45,009 nucleotides of DNA from a virus. Lineage: Duplodnaviria > Caudoviricetes. A program made the position numbers and the translations under genes. The notes beneath the pieces were generated by a model. The model was not told the origin of the DNA. It did no database searches and was given only the letters and a program-made list of their open reading frames with translations. The stretch covers positions 1-45,009 of IMG/VR virus record IMGVR_UViG_3300008255_000193; one strand, given 5' to 3'. Positions 1-8,422 of the stretch are shown in pieces; position 1 is the first letter of the stretch, and every line of letters begins with the position of its first letter.

Positions 1-123
1 AATATGCTTGACATCGCAGAGAAAGAGCTCGCTATGCGGATGCCAAAGACTGTGCAAGAAGGCATCCTCGGCTTTGCTGGCGATTCGGTAGAAGCGATGT
101 TCGTCAAGATGGCTGACGCAATG
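1..123. repeat. Terminal direct repeat, copy 1 (123 bp, identical to 44887-45009); indicates a circular, complete assembly
   Basis: aatatgcttgacatcgcag...ggctgacgcaatg occurs at both ends of the window and lies inside one gene, so it is most likely assembler overlap. Confidence 0.95.
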
Positions 124-249
124 CAATGTCATCAGTACGCAATTCATGAGGTGTCGCTTGGCAATCAGGGCTACATGTTGTCGGTCTTGGCTGGGTCTGC
201 TGAACGAGTCAGGGTCTTCGAAGAGGAGCTATCGCAGTATGAGCGTTGA
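1..249 (+). CDS. C-terminal part of the HD-domain phosphohydrolase that starts at 44635 and wraps the junction
   Basis: Continues in frame through the repeat; contains EAMFVKMADAM, the third HD-family motif (E-x3-VK-x-AD). Confidence 0.88.
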   Translation, partial: NMLDIAEKELAMRMPKTVQEGILGFAGDSVEAMFVKMADAMQCHQYAIHEVSLGNQGYMLSVLAGSAERVRVFEEELSQYER

Positions 250-532
250 AGACACACTAAGCCAACGAGGTGAATTCTACGGTGACTTCCCTCTCGGTTG
301 CGAATCAATCGCAGACATGATGACGATCGCGAAGAACCGCTATCGCATGGAGCACGGCATTGAGATGCCAGAGATCGACCGTGTGCATCTCAGCTATGCG
401 TTTTTGAAGCTGCACAGACTTTTCGTATCACCAAGACACGAAGACTCTTGGCATGACCTGTCGGGGTACTCTCGACTTATCGAGCAGCACTGCAAGGAGA
501 TGAACAATGCCGATCAACAAAGACCTGCCTGA
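239..532 (+). CDS. DUF6378-like all-alpha phage protein associated with nucleotide metabolism/modification loci
   Basis: ATG at 239 with GAGGAG RBS; motifs TLSQRGEFYGDF, LKLHR and EDSWHDLSGYSRL match the recalled family pattern (TLxERGxxYGDF...KIAR...DSWxDIAGYxxL). Confidence 0.75.
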   Translation: MSVEDTLSQRGEFYGDFPLGCESIADMMTIAKNRYRMEHGIEMPEIDRVHLSYAFLKLHRLFVSPRHEDSWHDLSGYSRLIEQHCKEMNNADQQRPA

Positions 533-1403
533 CCATCCGTTTCTGGTCGACATTAAGCCAGGCGAGACGCCAATGACGAAGTACGTCAATGGTCTTGACG
601 CTGTCGAAGTCAAACTTCTTCATGCGCCATCGCTCGCAGATCTGAAGAGCTACATCCCAGAGTTCACATCTGGCACTTGGGAAGACAAGCCAAAGACTTC
701 GTTCACTGACGAAGAACGTGAGCAAGTTCTCAAAGACCTCTTTGCTGGCTACCTACTCCCAACTGCGATGGAGTCGATCAAATTGACTTTCCTCGTAAAG
801 GGCATCGACCTCTCTGACGTTTGTCATCTGATTCGTCATAGGACGTTGTCGTTCTCTGCGTCTGGTACTGGCGACCGCGATATGCGGCATGATGACGTTC
901 TTGTCAAGCCGTCGATTGCCAACAGCAAGTACTTGCAGCGGTTTCACAATTTGATGAAAGACGCGAAGCAACTTTACGCTGACATGATGGACGACACAGA
1001 GATGCCCATTCTTGATCCTCGGACTGTCATGCCTCGTTGCACATCGAACTACTACTACTTTTCTGGCGACCTCAAAGCTATCATGGCGTTTGTTGGGCAA
1101 CGCAAAGATGAGTCGATCGAGCCAGAGACGATGAACATCTTTGCGATCAAAGTGTGGTTGGAAGTCTGTAAGCTCTACCCATTACTGAAAGACAAGATCG
1201 ACCTACGGTCTCCAGACAGGTTCGCAATTGAGACTTCAATTGGCGGACGTTCGTCTAACTTCTATCGCCCAGAACCGAAGAACGACATCTACGACTACCG
1301 CTTGTCATGGTTCATGCGAGATCAAATGCGTCAAGAAATGCGCGGCGGTGACCAGTACATCGCCATTCGAGATGCTCTCTTAGCGGAGTTCAACTACTTA
1401 TGA
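507..1403 (+). CDS. thyX: Divergent FAD-dependent thymidylate synthase (ThyX-fold) protein
   Basis: AMESIKLTFLVKGI...HLIRHRTLSFS (RHR motif) and DPRTVMP...MAFVGQR match the ThyX scaffold; the canonical SxRY motif is replaced by GTGD. Confidence 0.8.
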   Translation: MPINKDLPDHPFLVDIKPGETPMTKYVNGLDAVEVKLLHAPSLADLKSYIPEFTSGTWEDKPKTSFTDEEREQVLKDLFAGYLLPTAMESIKLTFLVKGIDLSDVCHLIRHRTLSFSASGTGDRDMRHDDVLVKPSIANSKYLQRFHNLMKDAKQLYADMMDDTEMPILDPRTVMPRCTSNYYYFSGDLKAIMAFVGQRKDESIEPETMNIFAIKVWLEVCKLYPLLKDKIDLRSPDRFAIETSIGGRSSNFYRPEPKNDIYDYRLSWFMRDQMRQEMRGGDQYIAIRDALLAEFNYL

Positions 1404-1804
1404 AATCAATCATCGCAAAGCAAGCAGAGCTACAAAGCGCCTACTCAACTCTAAGCCACTACGACATGCTAGACCCAGGGAAGGTCGATCTCGGCGAGAT
1501 GACTGTTGGTGAAGTGTACGAGTACATCTTGAAGATGAAGAGGTTCCTCGATGGCGAAATCGAAGAGCTCCTTCTTGAGCTGTCAGATGGCGATAGGGCG
1601 ATCCACAAGCCATGGAGTGTACGGCACAAAACGTTGTTAGAGAAGAAGTTCGTCCCAACAGACGAGACAAGAGGCGAAGCTGTCGACTGTCTTTGCTTCT
1701 TGTCAAACATTTTGCTTGTGTCAGGGTTAAATGCGCAGAACATTGACACGGAGTACGACAAAGTATTCAAAAAGAACAAAGAACGTCAAAGTGGGCAATA
1801 TTGA
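1400..1804 (+). CDS. All-alpha dNTP pyrophosphatase, T4 gp56 dCTPase/dUTPase-like
   Basis: EIEELL, HKPW, EAVD and the C-terminal KNKERQSGQY follow the dimeric dUTPase/gp56 motif order; ATGA-type overlap with thyX. Confidence 0.8.
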   Translation: MKSIIAKQAELQSAYSTLSHYDMLDPGKVDLGEMTVGEVYEYILKMKRFLDGEIEELLLELSDGDRAIHKPWSVRHKTLLEKKFVPTDETRGEAVDCLCFLSNILLVSGLNAQNIDTEYDKVFKKNKERQSGQY

Positions 1805-1827
1805 CCGTTTGAGGTGAATTTGCCCGA

Positions 1828-1892
1828 GAAATGGGTTACGAGGTTGACCCCAGATTAACTATTTGAAGGTAACCAATAGGATCCTATTGGTT
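1828..1892 (+). repeat. Dispersed ~65-bp element, copy 1, ending in the perfect 22-bp palindrome AACCAATAGGATCCTATTGGTT (1871-1892)
   Basis: Aligns by eye with copies at 8266, 22017, 31470 and 38416; enclosed by a 20-bp inverted repeat 1836-1855/1906-1925 (1 mismatch). Confidence 0.85.
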
Positions 1893-1947
1893 CAAGACTG
1901 GCGATATCTGGAGTCAACCTCGTAATCATTACCTAAAAGGACTCACA

Positions 1948-2160
1948 ATGGGCAAATATCTGCAATACAGAGGCAAATTATGCGCCGAAAAGTTCTACGA
2001 GCTGACGGCTAAGACAAGAATGAAGAAATCGACAGTCGACGACCTCTACAAGTACTTCGTTGACGGTCTGCCTGCGTCAGAGATCAATTCTAAGCAGCTG
2101 ATGTCGAATCGTATTGGTCGTATCGTACGAAAACTACAGTCGTCGCAAGACGGAGGCTAA
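1948..2160 (+). CDS. Small putative DNA-binding regulator, PapB/TrfB-like HTH
   Basis: AAGGA RBS; GKLCAEKFYEL...LYKYFVDGLPASEI resembles the PapB/TrfB pattern (GxMSExxFxLL...LxDYLVxG). Confidence 0.5.
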   Translation: MGKYLQYRGKLCAEKFYELTAKTRMKKSTVDDLYKYFVDGLPASEINSKQLMSNRIGRIVRKLQSSQDGG

Positions 2161-2203
2161 AAAATAGCGCTGTCAGGCGAAGGGCGAGGACATCTGACAG
2201 CGC
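2160..2203 (-). terminator. Rho-independent terminator candidate ending the late (minus-strand) operon where it meets the plus-strand genes
   Basis: Stem gcgctgtcag (2167-2176) / ctgacagcgc (2194-2203) followed on the minus strand by TATTTTT; the loop is large (17 nt). Confidence 0.55.
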
Positions 2204-2226
2204 AATAGCAAGTGGGAGAAACTCTT

Positions 2227-2496
2227 CTACAGCATTAACCGCAACTCTGCAAGACGTAGTTCTGTCAAGTACGATTTGCGGCAGTGATCTTTTTCCATTC
2301 TGTCGAGCAATCTTTGAAGCAACGCTTCCAATGGCCTAGGGAACCACTTTAGTGCTTTGGTTCCCTTCTCGACCAGCTTTTCTCCTAGCACTGCGCTGTA
2401 AGTCACATCGCAGTCCCAACCTGCGGAAGCACTAAAAAGCTGGTCAACCGCAATCAGCAAGTTCAACCAATACGGGTACTTTCGCTTGCGAATCAT
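2227..2496 (-). CDS. Conserved phage hypothetical protein typical of tail-fibre regions
   Basis: YWLNLLIAVDQL...D.TYS...LDRMEKDHCRKS pattern; tightly packed after 2500..3036. Confidence 0.7.
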   Translation of the reverse strand: MIRKRKYPYWLNLLIAVDQLFSASAGWDCDVTYSAVLGEKLVEKGTKALKWFPRPLEALLQRLLDRMEKDHCRKSYLTELRLAELRLML

Positions 2497-2499
2497 TGC

Positions 2500-3036
2500 C
2501 TACATTCCCAGTTCTTCGCGTAACGCAGGAACGTCGTGCGGCATGTTGTCGAACGCCGAGAAGTCGCAGTCAGGTGCAGCGCCAGCGATAACAGCAGCCT
2601 TACGTGTGTAGTACTCTGCCCAAAGACTTCCAGACCAAGCGGATACTTCAAGCGCCTTAGGCTTTTGCATCATAACGCCTATGGTCAGCAGACCAACAGC
2701 GACGCCCGAAATCCTCGCGGTTTCGAGATCGTGCGCCGCTTTCCAAAGTCTGTCGACATCACCAACGATATTCATCGACTTAAACTCTTCGAGCATCATA
2801 GGATCTGCAGGTATGATGTCAGCAAAGCACACTCCATCTACTTCATAAACTGGGCCGAATGATTCTCCGTCTGTGAGTTCTCGTGGAACTGTTACTTTTA
2901 CCCACTGCAGTTCTTCGAGGTCTTTATCTTCGAGGCTACGAAGAACGCGCGAATCCTTGCCATTTACGACAAGGGGAAACATCGCTTTTTCCGCGATGCC
3001 AAAGCCTGTCTCTGTTTTTCTGCTAAAGTAGTCCAC
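2500..3036 (-). CDS. Putative tail fibre assembly/chaperone-like protein
   Basis: GTG start with GGAGGA RBS; position after the fibre genes; helical C-terminal half (W...LWAEYYTRKA). Confidence 0.5.
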   Translation of the reverse strand: MDYFSRKTETGFGIAEKAMFPLVVNGKDSRVLRSLEDKDLEELQWVKVTVPRELTDGESFGPVYEVDGVCFADIIPADPMMLEEFKSMNIVGDVDRLWKAAHDLETARISGVAVGLLTIGVMMQKPKALEVSAWSGSLWAEYYTRKAAVIAGAAPDCDFSAFDNMPHDVPALREELGM

Positions 3037-3044
3037 AAGTCCTC

Positions 3045-3734
3045 CTAATCTAACTCAAAAGACGCCGTTGGGGGTGTGAAGTTTACCTTATATCTGCACA
3101 CTCTCGAAAGCCTTACTTCGTCGACAAAGGTTTCTAACCCATGCGCCACGTGTATCCTGTCGAAAGGCGCTATAAACCAAGACCTAACGTAGGTCGTTTT
3201 TAATACACCATCTTGAAAGAACCGCACGCAGTAATAATTTCCAGACGGTATGAACTCGCACGACACAGCGAAGTGGTACCACTGATCTGCTACACGTGGG
3301 CCTTGGTATGAAGCTACAACTTGGCCCGCTGCTGTGTATGCCGCAGCTACATTTTGGTCGGAGTAATAGTTGCAGACGTAAAGGATAGCGCTTTCAGGAG
3401 ATATCCCATTCCGAAGTTCGAGATATTTCTGGAACGACGTACTACTCGACTTTGCGCGGCACTCAAAAGTCCAATTCTTTCGTGAGGGATCAAGGAATTC
3501 TTCAGTGCTTAAAGTCCAATACCCCAGGTTGTTAAACGGGCCGGCGTTGGTGAAGCAGTGCCCGAACGTGAGGTCTTCTGTCACTGCCCACGCGAGCATT
3601 CCATTAGCATCTGCAGTGAAAACAGCGCCCCCTGCTAAATCCACAGTGCTTTCACCATTTAGGAGAAAAACAGTTTTAGGCTCTGAGCTCTGCGCCATCT
3701 GCATTTGTATAGAGTGGAATAAGGCTTCAATCAT
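3045..3734 (-). CDS. LamG/concanavalin-A-like lectin domain virion protein
   Basis: WTFEC, QWYHFAVS, FFQDGVL and FVDEVRLSRVCRY...NFTPPTASF are LamG hallmarks; start placed at ATG 3734 (TAATG overlap with the upstream stop). Confidence 0.8.
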   Translation of the reverse strand: MIEALFHSIQMQMAQSSEPKTVFLLNGESTVDLAGGAVFTADANGMLAWAVTEDLTFGHCFTNAGPFNNLGYWTLSTEEFLDPSRKNWTFECRAKSSSTSFQKYLELRNGISPESAILYVCNYYSDQNVAAAYTAAGQVVASYQGPRVADQWYHFAVSCEFIPSGNYYCVRFFQDGVLKTTYVRSWFIAPFDRIHVAHGLETFVDEVRLSRVCRYKVNFTPPTASFELD

Positions 3735-5191
3735 TACGGAAGCTCCGCCACTTGCAACCAGTACGCCCCAGTTAAAAGATTGCTCGTCCAAGTCAGCCTA
3801 TAGTTGGTGTTCGGGAATAGAACTGGCGCAGGGGTTGCGCCGTAGAACGTCAGATTAGGCACGACGGCTCCAACTGCTAAGTCTAGGACAACCACGAAAG
3901 CGGAATTAGGAGTAGAGTCGATGCTGAATTGTGTCGCAATGTTTGAAGAGTTTAAGGATGCTGCGCAGAACAGCGCCTCCTTGTACTCCATATTTAGTAC
4001 ATTGTTCCCACTGACCTCGCCTAAATAAATCACTTCACGCTGCCACTCGTTGTACTGCCGCAGAACATCAGGAGAAATAAACTTGCCTGCCACGTACCTG
4101 CTCTGCATGTCTTCGAGTGTTGCAGGGAACGACAGCGAATTTACGCCAACGTCTTTTGCTTTGCACGATAAAAAGCTCGGTTGGCCGTAGTCAGCTATTT
4201 GTGCCGCGGTTAACCCTGTGAAGCTGCACGCAATAAAGACGCAAGCGTAAAGTTCTCCTTGGATGGTGTTCATCGTCGTGCCGCGGATTATGCACGACAT
4301 GAAAGTGTTCTGTGGACCAGCGTGTACGTAGTCCACGTCCCAGCCACGTGCGATGCTGTGCAGCGGCATGTAAACTTGTGTATTTTGACCTACGTTAGCG
4401 CTTTTTAAGTTCGATATATCCCACGAAGTTCCTGTTTCATCGTAGAATAGACAATTATCTCGTCCGAGGTCGAAGGTTATGTTCTCTCCGATAATACGCA
4501 TAGGACCAAAGGGAGTCCCCTTCCAATCTATACTGTTGCCGCGCCAAACGAATACTTCACTATGTGCCGGATACGTATAGCCCTCAGGAAACCCATTTTT
4601 CCGAAACTGAATATCTTTTAGCGTGAAGGACTCCAGACAACGTTCAATATTGATACTCAATGCCGACACGTCGCAGCTAAGTGGTCGAGCTAATTTAAGG
4701 CATGTAGGGCTAACGACATGGCAGATTTCAGTGTATACACCATCTGTTTTTATCCAGTCCCCTTTTTTGACGTACTGTGTAAAGTCGGCTCCGTCACCAA
4801 AAATGTGCATGTCCCCAGCTTTTGCGTCTCGGAATTCTAGAAACGCAAATCCGGTTCTGGAGGAGTCGATAAACTTGAAACAGAATTCACCCATGTCAAC
4901 TATCGTGCGCTCCGAGGAACCAATCAAAGCGAAGTTTTTTATCCCTGCAACATAGTCGAAGGTGTGGTCTGCTGTGACTCTGTGTATGCCATCTACGAGG
5001 TGCAGTTCGGTGTGTCCATCTGCGAACGCTTCGCCAAGCGTCAAATAATCAGCATTCCCTGACGGGTCTACTACAGGGAAAGAGGTTGGGTGGTTGGGGA
5101 CTTTGAGTTCTCCCGTTGTTGTTATCAACGGGTAACCGCGCTTTCCCGCTAGACCTTCGAATATCGGTTTTCCGTAGAGTCTATTTTTCAT
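3734..5191 (-). CDS. Putative tail spike/fibre with a pectin-lyase-like (beta-helix) region
   Basis: VVDPSGNADYLTLGEAF...LHLVDGIHRV resembles the beta-helix cap motif (VxxxGxGDYxTIQxA...IxxxxGxY); tail context. Confidence 0.55.
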   Translation of the reverse strand: MKNRLYGKPIFEGLAGKRGYPLITTTGELKVPNHPTSFPVVDPSGNADYLTLGEAFADGHTELHLVDGIHRVTADHTFDYVAGIKNFALIGSSERTIVDMGEFCFKFIDSSRTGFAFLEFRDAKAGDMHIFGDGADFTQYVKKGDWIKTDGVYTEICHVVSPTCLKLARPLSCDVSALSINIERCLESFTLKDIQFRKNGFPEGYTYPAHSEVFVWRGNSIDWKGTPFGPMRIIGENITFDLGRDNCLFYDETGTSWDISNLKSANVGQNTQVYMPLHSIARGWDVDYVHAGPQNTFMSCIIRGTTMNTIQGELYACVFIACSFTGLTAAQIADYGQPSFLSCKAKDVGVNSLSFPATLEDMQSRYVAGKFISPDVLRQYNEWQREVIYLGEVSGNNVLNMEYKEALFCAASLNSSNIATQFSIDSTPNSAFVVVLDLAVGAVVPNLTFYGATPAPVLFPNTNYRLTWTSNLLTGAYWLQVAELP

Positions 5192-5194
5192 GGG

Positions 5195-5698
5195 TTAGTC
5201 CCACCAGCCTGCAGTACCGCCAAGAATTGCCCATTCTACCCCAGTATTTAGCAGCTTAAATGTGAGCCCATTTACCATTGGGAATAAGCTTATTGAGCTG
5301 TATCCAAGTGGAAACATGTCTGTACCATATGCCTGTAAAATTGCAGCAGTGCCTGCAGCTTCATAACAGTGCACTGTGAACTCTTTACCAGGGCAAGAAG
5401 CAAGCTCAGGAAGAAAGAACGTAGACCCAGAATTGCCTATTCTGTACACATCGACGTCCACGCTAAAAGTGCCGCCTAAGGAGCTGCTGTCAAACGTAGC
5501 AATAACCCGGGGCGTCTTGGAAATGAGTATATTCTGTGAGTCTGTGTCGTCGATAACGATGCCGGCCCCTGCGACTAGAAGAGGAACCACGTTCGACTTT
5601 TTAATCCGTCGACTTTCGCCAGTGGCAGCGTTAACTATGACGAACAGATCGTCGTCGGCGATGGCGATAGCCTCTGTTATTTCACTGATCTTTGGCAT
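5195..5698 (-). CDS. Putative tail fibre-associated protein
   Basis: N-terminus MPKISEITEA...DDLFVIV...ESRRI is a common phage fibre anchor motif; GGAG RBS. Confidence 0.6.
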   Translation of the reverse strand: MPKISEITEAIAIADDDLFVIVNAATGESRRIKKSNVVPLLVAGAGIVIDDTDSQNILISKTPRVIATFDSSSLGGTFSVDVDVYRIGNSGSTFFLPELASCPGKEFTVHCYEAAGTAAILQAYGTDMFPLGYSSISLFPMVNGLTFKLLNTGVEWAILGGTAGWWD

Positions 5699-5709
5699 AA
5701 ATAGAACTC

Positions 5710-7044
5710 CTAGAGTAATAGTTCGGAACTGTCTTCCAGCAGAATATCAAGACCCGACTCTGTCGTGATAACTTCCACGGCCGTTTCGATTGAAAAAACG
5801 ACGTCAGCGCCGTTCGTTATGTTCAGAATTCCACTGACTGCGTCGAACGATACTCGTGACGCAAGAACATCGATCCCACTTTGCACAGTCGTCGAGCTAA
5901 GCCCAGCTGATGGTGTCAGAGACACGGCGCCAGCAGTGGTCGATGCTGTGCCTCCTCCAGGAAGCGCTGAAGATGATCTGAAGTCCTCAGCCTCTACGAA
6001 AGAGCCGCTGCCGTTGAAGATAACGCGGTACAGTAGTTTCAATTCAGGAGAGAACGAAGCAACTGGAGGCGATCTCCTCGCGTCGTTCGACGTGTTGAAT
6101 GGTGCAGTAAGCGTGGGAGCTAGAACGTAGATAGGGATCTCTGTGTCGTTCGACCCATAGTAAAAGTAGCAAACATAGCCATTATTAGCGACATCTTGTA
6201 GGCTGTAGTCGCTCAACCTGTTGTACTGCACTTGTGTCGTCGATGGATTCCAGAACACTGGAAAATCGTGCGTACCGTCGTTGTCTTGACCGTTAACGAA
6301 AGAGAGCTGCCCTGCAGAGACCTCACGCCACAGTCTACAGCGTGTAGAGGGTGGCAAGGTCAACTGGAGATCCTCGTCAAAGAGTGTTCCAGAACCGAAC
6401 GACAGCAGTAAGTCGTTAGCTTGGTTCGGGTAGATTAAGTCCAACCCAGATTGGTACATTGTGCCGACTGTGTGGTGGTGGTTGTCGTGCCAAGCGAGAT
6501 CTCGAAGGCCATGGCGCTCTTCGCCAGGCGCTCCAATCGTTCCGTTCCAGTTGATAGTGTGAACGAAAACCCGGTCGCCGTTGATGTCCCACGGCTCTGT
6601 GCTAGTCGTAAGCACGCCGTCAACGAAGTAGATAAAGTGCGTACCGACAGTGTTGGGAATAACAACGCTCTGTGGCACTGAAATAACGAAGTCGACGCCC
6701 TTGTGCTTTATCGTGAATGCTCCAGAGAGAGGACTGATCGTAAACGTTCGAGTAGCATTGACGAACGAAACGACAGAGTTTGCCCTGTTTACGTTACCAG
6801 TGTCATTGCTGTGGTCTGAGACAACGTGCGCAGTGTCTGCTGCTGCAGCAACGCCTACTTCCTCTTTACCGTCAATGTCAGCAATTTTGGTATGCTCGAA
6901 GTCAAGCAGATGTTGCGCATCCAACGCTGCGGCAGTTCCAACTGGGTCGCCAGTCGCAGTAATTGACCCACCCAAAACTGTCAACGTCAGCTTTTGCCCG
7001 ACTACAGTAAGGTCAGCGTTCACCTGCTCTATCGTCATTCTCAT
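5710..7044 (-). CDS. Putative tail fibre/minor tail protein
   Basis: 444 aa, beta-rich and S/T/G-rich; C-terminal ITTESGLDILLEDS motif; start overlaps the stop of the upstream gene. Confidence 0.6.
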   Translation of the reverse strand: MRMTIEQVNADLTVVGQKLTLTVLGGSITATGDPVGTAAALDAQHLLDFEHTKIADIDGKEEVGVAAAADTAHVVSDHSNDTGNVNRANSVVSFVNATRTFTISPLSGAFTIKHKGVDFVISVPQSVVIPNTVGTHFIYFVDGVLTTSTEPWDINGDRVFVHTINWNGTIGAPGEERHGLRDLAWHDNHHHTVGTMYQSGLDLIYPNQANDLLLSFGSGTLFDEDLQLTLPPSTRCRLWREVSAGQLSFVNGQDNDGTHDFPVFWNPSTTQVQYNRLSDYSLQDVANNGYVCYFYYGSNDTEIPIYVLAPTLTAPFNTSNDARRSPPVASFSPELKLLYRVIFNGSGSFVEAEDFRSSSALPGGGTASTTAGAVSLTPSAGLSSTTVQSGIDVLASRVSFDAVSGILNITNGADVVFSIETAVEVITTESGLDILLEDSSELLL

Positions 7045-7382
7045 TACGCGACCTCTTCATCAATGACAAACTCGATAAGCTTATCGCTCTCGTCGTCACG
7101 ATTCCATGTCCTGACTTTCCCACTTGCGTCGGTCACTTGCACTTCGTACAACCACGTCCCTTCGACAAGATCAGTGGGTTCCCATTCGATGAAGTACTTG
7201 CCATCAGTAGGAGGACCGTAGATGACAGCAGCTTTTTCTAACGGCGTCTTGTACTTTATGTGCAGTGCAACTTCGCAGCCTGTCAAATTGATCGGGTCGC
7301 CGTTGTCTTCTGTCAACGTGCCGATGAGTGATGGCAGAGTATCTCCTGCGACAAAACGTAGCTGATGCGACTTTAACGACAT
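7044..7382 (-). CDS. BppU N-terminal-like baseplate/fibre adaptor protein
   Basis: GDTLPSL...DPINLTG...GKYFIEWEPTD...GTWLYEVQVT pattern. Confidence 0.65.
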   Translation of the reverse strand: MSLKSHQLRFVAGDTLPSLIGTLTEDNGDPINLTGCEVALHIKYKTPLEKAAVIYGPPTDGKYFIEWEPTDLVEGTWLYEVQVTDASGKVRTWNRDDESDKLIEFVIDEEVA

Positions 7383-7394
7383 CCCGAGTCTCCT

Positions 7395-7871
7395 TTACTT
7401 TTTGCTTAGGGAGTTTGTGGCAGTGCCTGCCTGCTTATCAAAAGACCTCATAGCGCCGATGCCAAGCATACCCATTAGGACTGTAACGAGGATACCAACG
7501 TCAATAGCGGGTGGCATCGGCACTAACTGCACTGCGCCAAGCGCGTCGACATAAGTAGGTCGTACCCATGACCACACCCACGAGACTGTAGGGTAGATGA
7601 TGACTGCCCATAACAAGCCAAACCCTCCTACCCACCCAACGAAAGGGCGCCACCCAGCGACAAACAATGACTTGTGTTCGGCTTCTTTTAGATTGACATT
7701 GATCTGCCCAAGCATAAGCTGGACATGCGCATTGAGCTGTGCGAGGTCGCCTGTTTGCTTTAGCTCCTCAAGCTTACGCATCTCTTCTGCGCGTTTGTCA
7801 GCGTCAGGCCAGATCTTTTCGATAGCTATTTTGCCAAGATCAAACGCTGCTGTGAATGGGTCAAAGCTCAT
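7395..7871 (-). CDS. Holin, GTA 3TM holin family
   Basis: EAEHKSLFVAGWRPFVGWV and LMGMLGIGAMRSFDK motifs; hydrophobic segments. Confidence 0.85.
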   Translation of the reverse strand: MSFDPFTAAFDLGKIAIEKIWPDADKRAEEMRKLEELKQTGDLAQLNAHVQLMLGQINVNLKEAEHKSLFVAGWRPFVGWVGGFGLLWAVIIYPTVSWVWSWVRPTYVDALGAVQLVPMPPAIDVGILVTVLMGMLGIGAMRSFDKQAGTATNSLSKK

Positions 7872-7960
7872 CAGAGTTCTTCCTCTCTCGCAAGAGTTGT
7901 CTTAGCAAGCAGTTTTTTGCGCACAAGACATTCGAAGTGGGAGCTTCTTCGATGTGCTCG

Positions 7961-8233
7961 TCAAGGCGCTTTTCTAGAGCACGTATGCGCTCGATCGTCA
8001 CAACGCTGAACTTGCTTAGCAAGTGCCGTTTCCAACTGCGAGATACGCGCTGACCTGTCCCTGTCTTTTTCGAAAAGAACATCTAGTTTCTCCGCTATCA
8101 TGTCGAGTTTTCCTGCAATCAACATCGCGGCTTTGTTCTCGTTGCCGCGGTAAAAGTATAGCGCAAGGCCACCCATTAGCGTCAACAGTATGTAAGCAAA
8201 ATTCGGATGTTGCGTTATGAAGTCTGCCATCAA
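7961..8233 (-). CDS. Membrane-anchored coiled-coil protein of the lysis region
   Basis: N-terminal TM segment FAYILLTLMGGLALYFY followed by a heptad-like region; GGAG RBS. Confidence 0.65.
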   Translation of the reverse strand: MMADFITQHPNFAYILLTLMGGLALYFYRGNENKAAMLIAGKLDMIAEKLDVLFEKDRDRSARISQLETALAKQVQRCDDRAHTCSRKAP

Positions 8234-8265
8234 GTTCTCCGTGCGTAAAATTTTACTGAAAAAAG

Positions 8266-8331
8266 AACCAATAGGATCCTATAGGTAGCCGACTAATTGT
8301 TAACCAGAAGTCATCTGGTGAATCCGCTTTC
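8266..8331 (-). repeat. Dispersed ~65-bp palindromic element, copy 2 (inverted)
   Basis: Its reverse complement matches 38416-38480 with about 4 mismatches. Confidence 0.9.
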
Positions 8332-8422
8332 CGAGGGTCAAGGCCTCTTTTCGGTCAAAAGGTCTCTCCAAGCGCTATTAAGATCATTATATACTAGTGG
8401 TTGCAGCAATGGTACTCAAAAA

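Noticed and set aside
1-123. 123-bp terminal repeat as a biological DTR
   Set aside because: It falls inside the HD gene, far from the terminase region; assembler overlap of a circular contig is more likely
7861-8233. Overlapping ORF pair as i-spanin/o-spanin
   Set aside because: The inner ORF has no signal peptide or lipobox; it is kept only as a low-confidence small ORF
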